A stretch of DNA of 64,000 bases from an uncultured Gammaproteobacteria bacterium (GCA_963797555.1 CAWCPV010000007.1:128001-192000); one strand, 5' to 3'; positions 32,187 through 42,970 are shown, counted from the first letter of the stretch. The notes: generated by a model not told the origin, from the letters alone. A program made the numbers and translations.

Positions 32187-33267
32187 CTAGCGAGCCCGGT
32201 GGGAGAGCTCGTCGTACATCGCGAGATAGGCGTCCAACACTAAGTGCTGGTTGTGACGCTCTTTCAGGACGCGGCTTCCATGAGCAATCAGCTCCGCCCG
32301 CAATGCAGCGGGTGCGCGCAGCAGGTCAAGAAGGCGCTCGGCTAGGGCATGGGGGTCCCTGCAGGGCACCAGTAGTCCATTGACGCTGTCGTCGATCAGC
32401 TCCGCGGCACCGAGCGTGCGTGTCGCGACCACCGGAAGCCCGTGGCTCCACGCCTCGAGAATCACGTTGCCCAGGGGCTCGTGACGGGAGGGACATACGA
32501 ACACATCGGCGAGCTGATAGAAGGGGTCAGGGCGGTTCTGCCAGCCCGGCCAGCGCACCCGCTCGGCCACGCCCGCCTCGTCGGACTGTGCCTGAAGCAC
32601 AGCGCGCAGCGGCCCGTCGCCGATGATGATCAAGTACAGCGGTCTGCCATCCACGTCCGGAGGCAACTCCCGGAAGGCGCGCAGCAGGTCGCCGAAGCCC
32701 TTGACAGGGTGGAAGCGCCCGGCCGCGAGCAGAATCACGGCGTCGGGCGGGATGCCAAGGGTTTCCCGTAGCGCCTCGAATCTCCTGGCGTGGGAGGTCG
32801 GCCACATCCTCTACGAAGTTCCCGATGAAATAGACAGAACGTGCGGGCAGTCCCTCGCGGACCAAGTACTCACACACCCCGCGGGTATTTCCGACCCAGG
32901 CGTGGGCGTGGCGGTAGTAGCCATTGAGCTTGTAATAGCCGCCGAGCCGCGCCACGTGCACCGCGTTGCCTCGATGAGGTAAGCGCGTCAGACGCGTGGC
33001 CCTGCCCATGTAAGTTTGCACGATGGCGGGGCGGCGGCTGCGCACCAGTCGGCGGATGCGCCACACGGACAACACATCCCAGATGTTGCGCATCGGGATG
33101 TGCACCTGCTCCACCGCGCCTTCCAGGGCTCGGGCGATCGGGGTCTTCGGCCGGGTCACGGCCAGCGCATGATGACCAGCTTCGTTCAGGGCGCGCACCA
33201 GACGCACGTAGAAGCGGTCAGCGCCGCCGAACTGGCGGCTGCCGATGACGTGCAGGGAGTCAATCAC
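32187..33267 (-). CDS. GT4 glycosyltransferase (apparent frameshift at ~32780)
   Basis: FGGADRF N-terminus; GRFHPVKGF, PSRHEPLGNVILEAW in next frame. Confidence 0.86.
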
Positions 33268-33447
33268 GCGTGCAGCCGTCGTGGAAGGTCAAGAGCGCTG
33301 CGCACGGCACCCCCGTCCCTCGGTATAACGCGTCCGATGCGCGCAGACCGTGTGGACCGGGAAGGGGTCCATCAACTGAGAGTGCAGTGAGAATCGGCGT
33401 CCCCTTCAGCACCGCTTCAGGTGCCCGTGCGCGCAGCGCCCCTTCGC

Positions 33448-35235
33448 TCAAGGCAGCGCACGGGGGACTACTTCCTTGTCCCTGACAGCGAACTGTGCTC
33501 GGTACAGCCGGGCGTAGTGCCCGTCGCGCTGCACCAAAGCCGGGTGCGTTCCCATCTCGACGATGCGGCCCCTGCTGAGTACGATGATGCGGTCCGCGTT
33601 CTTGATGGTAGACAGCCGATGAGCGATCACCAACGTAGTCCGGCCCCGGCGCAGGCGCTCCATGGCCGCCTGGACGGCATGCTCGGAGCGCGTATCGAGG
33701 GCGGAAGTCGCCTCGTCCAGGATCAGGACCGGGGCGTCCTTGAGGATGGCGCGCGCGATGGCGATGCGCTGCCGCTGCCCGCCGGACAGACGGACGCCAT
33801 TCTCACCGATGAGGGTATCGAGCCCCCGCGGAAGTTCCTCGATAAACTCCATGGCGTGGGCGGCCTCAGCGGCCGCGATGATCTGGGTTTGGGAGTGACG
33901 CGTTAAGGTGCCGTACGCAATGTTGGCCGCGACGGTGTCGTTGAACAGTACAACCTCCTGGCTGACCAGCGCGATGTTGGTCCTTAACGCTGAAAGCTTG
34001 AGGTCGGCAATGTCGACGTGATCCAGCAGGATCTGGCCATCGGTCGGTACGTAGAACCGTGGCACCAGATTTACCAGCGTGCTCTTACCGCTACCCGAGG
34101 GCCCCACCAAGGCAACGGTTTCGCCGGGCGCTACCAGCAACGAGACATCTGCGAGCGCTTGTGTGCGGCCGTCGTAGCTGAAGCTAACCTGGCGGAACTC
34201 CAGGCGCCCCGCGGCACGACCCAGGGTCAGTGTGCCGTTGTCGGGCTCGGACGGCTGGTCGACCAGAGAGAACACGCTCTCGGAGGCCGCCAGACCGCGC
34301 TGTAGAGCCTCGTTGACGCGGGTCAAGCGCTTGATGGGTGAGAACAACAAGGCCATCGCGCCCACAAACGAGATGAAGCTACCGATGGTCATCTGGTGCC
34401 TGGCGGACTGCTGGGAGGCGAGGTGGACGATGACCGCGAGGGCAATGACTGCTACCAGTTGGACGGCCGGAACGTTCGCAGCCGCTGCGGTCACCAGCTT
34501 CATGCGGTAGCGACGGTTGTGGTTGATGGCGTTTCTGAAGTTGCCGCTCTCGTAATCCTGCCCTCCGAACAGTCGTATGATCTTGTGGCCTCTTATGCTT
34601 TCCTCGAGGGTGTGGGTGATATCGCCCATCGACGCCTGAATGGCCCGAGACATGACGCGTAGACGGCGGCTGATGAGCTTCACCATGACGGCGATGCCTG
34701 GACCCACTACCAGGGCGACCAGGGTCAGCCTCCAATCCAGATAGAGCATCCAGCCCAGCAGGCCGATGACGGTCAGCCCGTCCCGCACTGACACCGTGAG
34801 CACCTCGGTAGCGGCCTTGGTCACCTGTTCCACGTCGAAGGTCACTCGCGAGATAAGATTCCCCGAGGCATGGGCATCGTAGTAGCGTGTCGGCAGAACC
34901 AGGAGTTTTCCGAACATCGCTGCTCGCAGGTCCATGACGAGTCGGGTGGCCACCCAGCTAATACCGACGTCTCCGCCAAAGCTGGCCATCCCACGGAACA
35001 AGAACAGGCCTACCAGCAGAACAGGAAACAGGTGCAGAGGTCCGCCGTCTCTGTGTACGAAGCTGCCGTCCAGCATGGGCCTAAGGAGCGCGGGGACTGC
35101 CGGCTCGGTGGCCGCCTCGAGAATCATCGCGCCGATCGCTGCGGCAAACGTGCGCCAATACGGCAGGACGTGGCGCAACAGCCGCAGGTATAGCTGGCGG
35201 CTGCCCATGGTCTTGGCGAGGGTGGTGGGCGGCAC
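33448..35235 (-). CDS. msbA: Lipid A-core flippase ABC transporter MsbA
   Basis: TMD + GPSGSGKS, LSGGQRQRIAIARA, ILDEATSALD; heads LPS cluster; start 35235 (GTG) or 35208 (ATG). Confidence 0.92.
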   Translation of the reverse strand: MPPTTLAKTMGSRQLYLRLLRHVLPYWRTFAAAIGAMILEAATEPAVPALLRPMLDGSFVHRDGGPLHLFPVLLVGLFLFRGMASFGGDVGISWVATRLVMDLRAAMFGKLLVLPTRYYDAHASGNLISRVTFDVEQVTKAATEVLTVSVRDGLTVIGLLGWMLYLDWRLTLVALVVGPGIAVMVKLISRRLRVMSRAIQASMGDITHTLEESIRGHKIIRLFGGQDYESGNFRNAINHNRRYRMKLVTAAAANVPAVQLVAVIALAVIVHLASQQSARHQMTIGSFISFVGAMALLFSPIKRLTRVNEALQRGLAASESVFSLVDQPSEPDNGTLTLGRAAGRLEFRQVSFSYDGRTQALADVSLLVAPGETVALVGPSGSGKSTLVNLVPRFYVPTDGQILLDHVDIADLKLSALRTNIALVSQEVVLFNDTVAANIAYGTLTRHSQTQIIAAAEAAHAMEFIEELPRGLDTLIGENGVRLSGGQRQRIAIARAILKDAPVLILDEATSALDTRSEHAVQAAMERLRRGRTTLVIAHRLSTIKNADRIIVLSRGRIVEMGTHPALVQRDGHYARLYRAQFAVRDKEVVPRALP

Positions 35236-35516
35236 GTCAGGGGCGGCAAGCCCGCCTGGGCTCAGCGACGGTCATGGTGGGGATTACGCCACGCAGTGGT
35301 GTATAAGCAAACGGCATTAGCTTATCACACCGAGGTCAGTGGGTCCGGGGGGCCGCCACCTGGACTATCCAGCCCGGTAGGCCTCATGCCGTCAGGGTCC
35401 GTTGACGGAGACGGACGAGGTACTGGCTGAGGCGCGGCCACCGTGCGCTTGTTGAGGTTTCACCACTATGACCATGCGAGTGCCTGCCGCGAGCCCGGAA
35501 CAGGCTGCCACGTTTC

Positions 35517-36716
35517 TCAGACGTAGAGCAGATACGGTCGCACCGACTCGCTGAACTCTCGCTCGCACCGGCGCCAGTGCGCATAAAGATCGGGCAGCTC
35601 GCCACCCCCGTCCACGAGGTCGCGAATGCTGGTGTCCCCCGCGAGAAGATCGATGGCCAGCCGATCGCTCACGAACTCGTAGGGCTCGGTGCGCCAAGCG
35701 AAATCACTCGGATAGAGCCGCCGCAAGGCAATCAGCAACGCGACGCTCGTCGCCAGCGGTTGATAGCGGTGCCGGTCGGTGACGTGCAGTTGCACGGCGC
35801 CGCAGATCTGGCGGGAGAACTTGTGGAAGGCCGGCTCGATGAACGTGGCGCGGAAGGCGACGCCCTCCATGCTCCAGCTCCCGGCCGCCCGATCCATCTC
35901 CCGTTTCAGCGTCTGCGGGCAAATCCAGGGTGCGCCGAGCAGCTCGAAGGGCCGCGTCGTGCCCCGCCCCTCCGAGACATTGGTGCCCTCCAGCAGGCAT
36001 TGCCCCGGATACACCGCCGCGGTGTCCAGGGTCGGCATGTTCGGCGAGGGCAAGACCCAGGGCAGGCCCGTCTGGTCGAACCACTGGTCTCGCCGCCAGC
36101 CCTCGCAAGCAATGACGACCAGCGCGTCTTCGTCCGCAGGGATGTGCAGTTGCTCGCAGAACCAGAGCGCCAGCTCCCCGGCCGTGAGCCCGTGGCGGTT
36201 GGGGAGGGGGAAGCGACCCACGAAGGAGCCGTAGCCATCGGTATCGACCAGGTTGCCCTCGCGGCGATCGCCGCCGATCGGGTTGGGGCGGTCACAGACG
36301 ATCACCTGGAGTCCCGTGGCGGCGCAGGCTTCCAGACAGTAAGCCAGGGTGTAGCCATAGGTGTAGTAGCGGCTGCCGACGTTCTGGAGGTCGAAGATCA
36401 GTGCATCCAACCCTTCCAGATGTTCGGGCCGGGGCTTGAGTGAGTCCCGCTCGCGGCCGTAGAGGCTGATTTCGGGAATTCCGGTGACCGGGTCCGCGGC
36501 AGCGCTGACCGCAATCATGTCCTGGGCCGTGCCGCGCACCCCATGCTCGGGCCCGAACAGGCGCCGCAGATCGGTCTGCGCGTGCCCATGGAGCGCGTCC
36601 ACGGCATGCATGAAGTTCGGTAGGATCGCAGTCGAGTTGCAGCACAGGCCGACCCTCCGGCCACGCAGCAGGTCGACCCTGTCGGTCAGGAGGCGTTCCA
36701 ACCCGGTGCGTACCAT
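35517..36716 (-). CDS. DUF1343 / NamZ exo-beta-N-acetylmuramidase family
   Basis: LFGPEHG, DLQNVGSRYYTY, DRPNPIG, RHGLTAGEL, PSPNMPT, SEGRGTTRPFE. Confidence 0.9.
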   Translation of the reverse strand: MVRTGLERLLTDRVDLLRGRRVGLCCNSTAILPNFMHAVDALHGHAQTDLRRLFGPEHGVRGTAQDMIAVSAAADPVTGIPEISLYGRERDSLKPRPEHLEGLDALIFDLQNVGSRYYTYGYTLAYCLEACAATGLQVIVCDRPNPIGGDRREGNLVDTDGYGSFVGRFPLPNRHGLTAGELALWFCEQLHIPADEDALVVIACEGWRRDQWFDQTGLPWVLPSPNMPTLDTAAVYPGQCLLEGTNVSEGRGTTRPFELLGAPWICPQTLKREMDRAAGSWSMEGVAFRATFIEPAFHKFSRQICGAVQLHVTDRHRYQPLATSVALLIALRRLYPSDFAWRTEPYEFVSDRLAIDLLAGDTSIRDLVDGGGELPDLYAHWRRCEREFSESVRPYLLYV

Positions 36717-36859
36717 CTGCCCTCAGCGCACGAGCGGCGGGCATCGCGCCGCTCGCCCGGAAAGGTCGGAGTCGACGACCCACCCCCCTCGGCCGTCCGC
36801 GGTGCGGTGCCAGTAGCAGGCCCGACGAAATGCGGTCGGCCGGGCGGGTCGGGACCGTG

Positions 36860-37759
36860 TTACATCAGCCGGTATTTCCGGAACCTTTTGTCCCGCAAAC
36901 TGGCTCCTTCGCCGCCCGCGGAGGCATCGGCGACCTCGCCGCGAATGGCGGCAAGGCGCTCCGACGCCGGTGGATGGGTCTTGTAGAAGCCGGTGTCGCT
37001 CCGGCCCGAGTTCCGTTCCAGCTTCTGCAGCATAGAAGCGAGCCCGGACGGATCGTAGCCCGAGGCGCGCAGGATCTGCACCGCCGCCTGGTCGGCATTC
37101 AGCTCTTGGTCGCGAGAGTAGCCGGAGACCACCATCCGATTCACGATGTCGTTGATGCTGGCGTCGAAGGCGTCGGTCAGCGCGATGAGGTTGCGGCCTT
37201 GGCTGGAGCGCTGCAGGGCGGATTGACCGATGAGCGTGAATGCCTTGGTGAGATTGGAGGCGCGGATGGCGGAGAGTCCGTGCTGCAGCGTCACGTGGGC
37301 GATTTCGTGTGCCAACACGGCAGCGAGTTCGTCTTCCGATCCCACCATGCGATAAAGGCCGCTGGTTACCAAGATGAAGCCACCCGGCGCGGCGAAGGCG
37401 TTGATTTCCGGGGAGTCGATCAGCTCGAAGTGGTAACCGGCGAAGGTCTCCGGACGCGCGGAGAACTTGCTCAGATAGCCGCCGACCTCGTTCAGGTACT
37501 GGTTGACCGAACGGTTCGCCAGCGGCCTGTAGCTGCCGAAGACCTGCGCGGCGACCGAGCGCCCGATGTAGTACTCCTCCTCCGGGGTGAGGTCCTCGAC
37601 CCCCTTACGTAAGCTAGTCACCACCTCGGCGCCGGACCCGGCATGCTGCATCAGTGTGTTCCAGCCGCCGAGGTCGAACGCCCCCACCGTGCTCGGTGTC
37701 GCCGATCCGAACACCGCTGTGAGCCATAAGGGAGCGATGACCCGTTTCAGTTGCCCCAT
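36860..37759 (-). CDS. Exported M48-family zinc metallopeptidase
   Basis: EEYYIGR, INAFAAPGG, VLAHEIAH, YSRDQELNAD, THP...R. Confidence 0.9.
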   Translation of the reverse strand: MGQLKRVIAPLWLTAVFGSATPSTVGAFDLGGWNTLMQHAGSGAEVVTSLRKGVEDLTPEEEYYIGRSVAAQVFGSYRPLANRSVNQYLNEVGGYLSKFSARPETFAGYHFELIDSPEINAFAAPGGFILVTSGLYRMVGSEDELAAVLAHEIAHVTLQHGLSAIRASNLTKAFTLIGQSALQRSSQGRNLIALTDAFDASINDIVNRMVVSGYSRDQELNADQAAVQILRASGYDPSGLASMLQKLERNSGRSDTGFYKTHPPASERLAAIRGEVADASAGGEGASLRDKRFRKYRLM

Positions 37760-38451
37760 GGATCCACCCCGTGTGATTCGCGCCGCCGGTCATCCGATTC
37801 CTTCCGCGTCGCGCGAGGCTTTATCACGAAGGAAGCGGACCCGCGGCCGCTGGGTTCGCCCGCAGGCTGGCTAGCCTGGCTGGCCGGCGGCTGGCCCATG
37901 GTGATGAGTTGGCCGGCACTCGCAAACTTGCGGATCTCCTCGCTGTCCGCCTGTAGCCGCTCCAGTTTGTCCACCGCGGAAAAATCGGCCCGTGGATAGC
38001 GCGTGCGGTACTGCTCCTCGACGTTGCGGTTGAACCCCTTTCCGGCCAAGGCCACTTCGTCTTCCGTATAGCCCTTGCCGGCGCTGGCGGGCTCGGGCGC
38101 ACGACCCGCCAGCACGTCGAGGGCAGACCCGACCCCCGACAGCGCACCCGAGGCCGCTCCGCTCCCGCCACCCGCTCCCGACACTGCGGAGCTGTGGACC
38201 CAGCCGGTCACCGTTCCGTACTGGACGCGGTACCAGCCCTGCGCTTCCCCCAGCACCTCCAGGCGCTCGGTGAAACTTGCGGTCGCGAGACTGGGGGAGA
38301 AGAATTGATGGTCGGACCGCACCGAGGTCTGCTTCACCTTCACCACCACTGTGGCAACAGCGGCGAGAACGGCTCCAACAAAGACCGCGCCGGCGAGCAA
38401 TGCAGCACTCAAGATCCCGATTCTTCTTCGGGACACGCTAACGCCCTTCAT
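37747..38451 (-). CDS. Exported SH3b-domain protein
   Basis: Signal peptide, LEVLGEAQGWYRVQYGTVTGWVHSSAV, then EDEVALAGKGFNRNVEEQY. Confidence 0.78.
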   Translation of the reverse strand: MKGVSVSRRRIGILSAALLAGAVFVGAVLAAVATVVVKVKQTSVRSDHQFFSPSLATASFTERLEVLGEAQGWYRVQYGTVTGWVHSSAVSGAGGGSGAASGALSGVGSALDVLAGRAPEPASAGKGYTEDEVALAGKGFNRNVEEQYRTRYPRADFSAVDKLERLQADSEEIRKFASAGQLITMGQPPASQASQPAGEPSGRGSASFVIKPRATRKESDDRRRESHGVDPWGN

Positions 38452-38474
38452 GCAACCTCGTCCCCGAGTTGCGC

Positions 38475-40610
38475 TCACTTGCTGACATGGATAAATGCAC
38501 CGTCCCAATCCTCAGCCGGGGGATTGTGCCGGAAGTGCCTGACCCGCGCCATCAGTGCTTGTGTGGGTGGATCGCCTCCCAGTTGCGGCATCTCTTGGAG
38601 AACCCTCTCCGCTTCGTCCCATGCGCGTTCCTGATAAGCCCGAAAGGCCGCTTCGTAATGCTGGCACAGGTCGATCTGCTGTGGCGTGGCCAGGTCCTTG
38701 GGGGCAATGGGCTCGTACACCCGAACCGCATTGCTCTTGCCCTTCACCTTCAGATAGTCGATCTGACGGCCGACGAAGCGTTCCCGCACCGGCTCCCACG
38801 CCGACTCGCCGATCAACATACGGCTGCCATAGGCCTTGTTGAGACCCTCGAGACGCGATGCCTGGTTCACGGTATCGCCGATGGCCGTATAGTCGAACCG
38901 CTCGCGCGAGCCCATGTTCCCGACGATGCATTCGCCCCGGTCGATGCCGATGCGCACCGCCAGCGGTAAGTCCGGGTAAAGGGAGGCGACGTAGGCGGCA
39001 AAGCGCTGCTGACATTCCAGGGCCGCCGCCACCGCCAGCTCGGACTGCTGGGCCTGATCCACGGGGGCCCCCCAGAAGGCCATCACGGCGTCGCCGATGA
39101 ATTTGTCTACCGTCCCTTGACGCGCCAGAATAACCTCGGTCATCTGGGATGTATAGTCGTTCAACATCGCCACCAAGGCTTGGGGTTCCAATCGCTCCGC
39201 CAGGGTGGTGAAGCCGGCCAGGTCGGCGAACAGGACAGTGATCTCCCGTTTCTCACCCCCGAGTTCCAGGCCGTGGGGCGACTGGATGATGCGTTGCACC
39301 ACCTGCGGCGAAACGTAATGACTGAAGGCGCTCTGCAGGAACCGCCGGCGCCGACCTTCCGAATGGTAGCGGTAGGCAGAGGCCAGAATCAGGCCGCTCA
39401 GCGCACAGAGGATGAGCAAGGTCACGTCCCAGACCATCCCCTGGCGGAAACCGAGCTGGGTCGCCGCCAGGCCGCCGCTCAACGCGCCAGCGCTGAGCAG
39501 GGAAGACACCGACGACCGTTGGACCAGCACCGTGGAAGCCACCGCGGCCAAGGTCACTAACCCGGTCAAGAGAAGATTCCAGGCGCCGGCCGCCAAGTGC
39601 AGAAAATCTTTGTCCAGGGCGTTCGAGAGCAGTGTCGCCTGGAGGAAGGCCCCGGGCGTCACCGCGCTGACCGGTGTGGGCTTGAAGTCGAGGAGGCCGG
39701 GCGCCGTATAGGCGACGAAGACGTAACGGTCACGGAACACTTCCGGCGCGATGGGCGGCGTTTCACCTTTGGAGTGCATGACCGCCGATCGAATCACATC
39801 GACCGCCGAGAGGCGCTCGAACTGCTCGCCGCCGCCGCGAAAGCGCAGCAGTAGCCTGCCGGCGGAATCCACCGGCAAGCGCCGCCCGTCGAGACTCATG
39901 CCGTCCTCGTTGCCCCACCGCACCTCGCTGCCTTTCCCCACCAAAGCCGCCAGACCGAGGGCCGGCAGCAGACGCCCGCCAAGGACCACGAAGGGAAGGG
40001 CGGAGCGATACACCCCGTCTTCATCCGGTCCTTGGGTGACGAACGCGACGCCGGCGGCGGCAGAGGAGATTGGCTCCACTGGCAGCGAGACGGTTGCCCG
40101 GGTGAGGGCATCGGGCGGCGTCCCGCGAAACCGGATACCCAATGCCGCCGACGCCTTGCCGCCCGCGGAATCACCACGAGAGACGGCGGCGGCGAGATAA
40201 ACCTTGCCGGAAGCGGCTACCGCATCGGCGAACTCCCGATCGATGTCCGGTCCGAATGGCGATTGGTTATTGAACAGCAAATCGAACAGGATGGCCTTGG
40301 CGCCGCCCATCGTTGCGTACTGCACCAACGGTTTATACAGGGTGCGGGGCCACGGAAAGGGGACGTTGTCCCGGTCGAAGTAGTCGAGGCTGCGCTGGTC
40401 GACCGCGACGATCAAGATGCGCCGGTCGCGGAACGCCGGGTCGCGGTGCAGCAGGTGTTGCAGATTGAGCGCCGTCAGGCGGATCGGCGTGAGCGCCGGG
40501 GACTCCCCGAGGCCACCACCCAGCAGCATGGCGACCGCAGTGATGGCCGCTATTGCCAACCCCCTGGCGGTCGCGGTGGGGGGGCGGGTGGCCGCCGCCG
40601 TTTCCTTCAT
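38475..40610 (-). CDS. CHASE2-domain class III adenylate cyclase
   Basis: PFPWPR, DEDGVYR (CHASE2), 3 TM, LFADLAGFTTLAE, DKFIGDAVMAFWGAP, YTAIGDTVNQASRLE, C-terminal TPR-like tail. Confidence 0.93.
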   Translation of the reverse strand: MKETAAATRPPTATARGLAIAAITAVAMLLGGGLGESPALTPIRLTALNLQHLLHRDPAFRDRRILIVAVDQRSLDYFDRDNVPFPWPRTLYKPLVQYATMGGAKAILFDLLFNNQSPFGPDIDREFADAVAASGKVYLAAAVSRGDSAGGKASAALGIRFRGTPPDALTRATVSLPVEPISSAAAGVAFVTQGPDEDGVYRSALPFVVLGGRLLPALGLAALVGKGSEVRWGNEDGMSLDGRRLPVDSAGRLLLRFRGGGEQFERLSAVDVIRSAVMHSKGETPPIAPEVFRDRYVFVAYTAPGLLDFKPTPVSAVTPGAFLQATLLSNALDKDFLHLAAGAWNLLLTGLVTLAAVASTVLVQRSSVSSLLSAGALSGGLAATQLGFRQGMVWDVTLLILCALSGLILASAYRYHSEGRRRRFLQSAFSHYVSPQVVQRIIQSPHGLELGGEKREITVLFADLAGFTTLAERLEPQALVAMLNDYTSQMTEVILARQGTVDKFIGDAVMAFWGAPVDQAQQSELAVAAALECQQRFAAYVASLYPDLPLAVRIGIDRGECIVGNMGSRERFDYTAIGDTVNQASRLEGLNKAYGSRMLIGESAWEPVRERFVGRQIDYLKVKGKSNAVRVYEPIAPKDLATPQQIDLCQHYEAAFRAYQERAWDEAERVLQEMPQLGGDPPTQALMARVRHFRHNPPAEDWDGAFIHVSK

Positions 40611-40766
40611 TCGGTCGTTCCCATCCGCGATTCAGATCTCTTCCGGTGCAGGTTACGGCGACCTCTGCCTACCGGGTCGCGGATGGAGCGGGCACAGCCG
40701 GCGCGGAACGTTGGCGCCGGCGCGTCGGCCGCTTGCACAGCCGGGACCAACCGCGGTTCGATGACC

Positions 40767-42533
40767 TCACGACCTCCGGGACATGAGGCCGAGCAGGGTC
40801 GCTGCCGCCTCACGGGGGCCGCTTGCCTCGTAACCCGGAAGGCCGAGCCGGGTGCGCATCTGACCGACGAACACGCCGGCGGCGAACGCTGCCTCGAAGG
40901 TGTGCCGTGCGATGGCGTCGTGCGCGAGCGGCCGCTGGGCCGGCCCGAACACATTGGCGAAGTAGGTGCTCACCAGGCCGGTCGAGCTGGTCGTGCCCCT
41001 CGACATCGCGGTGCCCTCACGAAAGACGCGCACCGCGGCATCCACGGAGCCGAAGCGCTCGATGATGGGGTGCTGCTCGTCGACCGGCTGGTAGTTGTTG
41101 GCGTACAGGAGAAAATCGATGGGATACCCGCGCTGCACCTCCTCGATCGTGGTCACCGGAAGGACGACCCGCGCGTTGACCTTTTGCGGGCTCATGATGA
41201 TGGCCCGGTCGATCTGGCCGAAGGCGTAACCCCGCTGCAGGTCATCGAGGCGCACGAAGGCCCCGATCTCCGTCCCATAGCCGAGCAGTCGGCCGTCCCG
41301 TGCCACCTCGACCGATCCCATGTCGTCGGCCACGATACGCAGCTCCCCGACGACATCGTCGCCCAGCAGCCGCAGCGCCTCAAGCGTCTCCGACTTGCCG
41401 GTCGCGGTGTCTCCGAGGAGCAGCATAGTGGCCGCCACCCCGTTGCGCAGCACGACGCGCGCGAGGGCACCGTGGAACGGCATCAGCCCCTTCTTCATCA
41501 CCGCCACGTTGTGCAGCGTGAGCGCCATCTTCTTCACATAGCCGAAGTAGCCGAACCGCTCTTCGAGCGGTACGGCGCCCACCAGCAGGTCGCTGGTCTC
41601 GTCGTCGTAAAACACGGTCGGGGCGTGGCCGAACCGCGCAAGGGCCTGCGGCGGTGCGCCATAAAGGTAGATCGCATCAGGGCCGGCTGCGACTTGCTGA
41701 TCGCTGGCCATCTCGAACAGGTTGCCGAGCGCGAGCCCGAGCCCGGCGAAGCGCTGGTGGAAGTAGGCGAACACGACCAGGCGCCCGACCACCGCCGGGT
41801 AGCACATCCAGCGCTCCTTTTCGAGCGACATGCCGGCGAGCGGGTTCTCGTAGACCTCGACGAACTGTCCGGAGCGAGTGTTGGCGGGCGGGTCGAGGAT
41901 AAGCGGCGGATACATCAGCAGGTGACGCACGAAGGGGATGCCGACGAGCAGGTCGCGGTAGCTTTCGGGCATGCGCCAAGCGCGCTGCACGGCGATGACG
42001 CCCATGTCGGCACCGGCCGGAACCTGCCGGTACACGCGCGGATGACTGGCGGTGATATTCTCGACCACGTCGCGATACAGGTCGCGCACGAGCTGCGCGA
42101 GGGTTTCGACGGTCCGGTTGAACGTGCGGTACGGGCGCCGGTCGTGGCTGTCGGGCCCGCCTTCGGAGTGGTTGACCATGAAACGGTCGAAGCTCCGCCA
42201 GAAGTCGTACAGGCCCTCGGCGAGCTCGTGAAGAGCGGTGCGTTGACTGAGCAGCTTGGCGCTGTCCGGCGACGTGCCGGCGATGCGTTCGAGCGGGTTG
42301 TGCGCCAGCACGCGCAGCACGTCCACGAGGCGCGCCCGCCGAGGCGGGTCGGCGGCGTCAATTTCAAGCTCGTCGAGCACGGGAGCCCTGTGTGCAGCGA
42401 GGCGTTCCAGGTACAAAGCGACCACGCGCTCGAAGGCGGCGCTTTCGACGAGCTCCCGCGTCGTCCCGCAAATGGTCCCCTCGGTATGCAGCACGAGCTG
42501 CCCGGGGCCTTCGTCCATCCTGAGAAGCGGCAT
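40767..42533 (-). CDS. PEP-carboxykinase-like P-loop protein (~590 aa)
   Basis: YFGYVKKMALTLHN, PFHG, GDTATGKSE (Walker A), VADDMG, GTEIGAFVRLDD, NAR; start at MPLLRMDEG is a guess. Confidence 0.75.
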   Translation of the reverse strand: MPLLRMDEGPGQLVLHTEGTICGTTRELVESAAFERVVALYLERLAAHRAPVLDELEIDAADPPRRARLVDVLRVLAHNPLERIAGTSPDSAKLLSQRTALHELAEGLYDFWRSFDRFMVNHSEGGPDSHDRRPYRTFNRTVETLAQLVRDLYRDVVENITASHPRVYRQVPAGADMGVIAVQRAWRMPESYRDLLVGIPFVRHLLMYPPLILDPPANTRSGQFVEVYENPLAGMSLEKERWMCYPAVVGRLVVFAYFHQRFAGLGLALGNLFEMASDQQVAAGPDAIYLYGAPPQALARFGHAPTVFYDDETSDLLVGAVPLEERFGYFGYVKKMALTLHNVAVMKKGLMPFHGALARVVLRNGVAATMLLLGDTATGKSETLEALRLLGDDVVGELRIVADDMGSVEVARDGRLLGYGTEIGAFVRLDDLQRGYAFGQIDRAIIMSPQKVNARVVLPVTTIEEVQRGYPIDFLLYANNYQPVDEQHPIIERFGSVDAAVRVFREGTAMSRGTTSSTGLVSTYFANVFGPAQRPLAHDAIARHTFEAAFAAGVFVGQMRTRLGLPGYEASGPREAAATLLGLMSRRS

Positions 42534-42970
42534 CGGTTCGGTGGGTCTCCGGTCCAGGCACTGCCGCCGGTTTGGTGCCGGCGTGATGGTGGACCGCGCA
42601 CGAGCGGCGCGCATCCTGAGCATCAAGATATCATGGTAGCTTCGTGGAAGGGGCCAGAGGGTGGGCCAGAGGGCCTCACAGGACTTGGCACCGGCGCTCG
42701 GGCGGGTGCGGCCGACTCCCACATCGGGAAGCGGCTCGCACGCGCCGTTGGCTGCCGCCGTCCGGGTCTCGCGAGATCGGCCGAGTGCTGGATCGACGAG
42801 GCTCCAATCCAAAGGCCCCCGGCGGCCGCTATGGGGATACGCTCGTGGCTGGGTGCTCCGGCCATGCGATGACGGTGAGGTCGGAGAGCGCGCAGACGGC
42901 GGCGGAGGGGGATCTCCGATCGAGGTCGATTCGGTGATTCGCAAAACGACGAACCGGAAGGGTACAGCTC

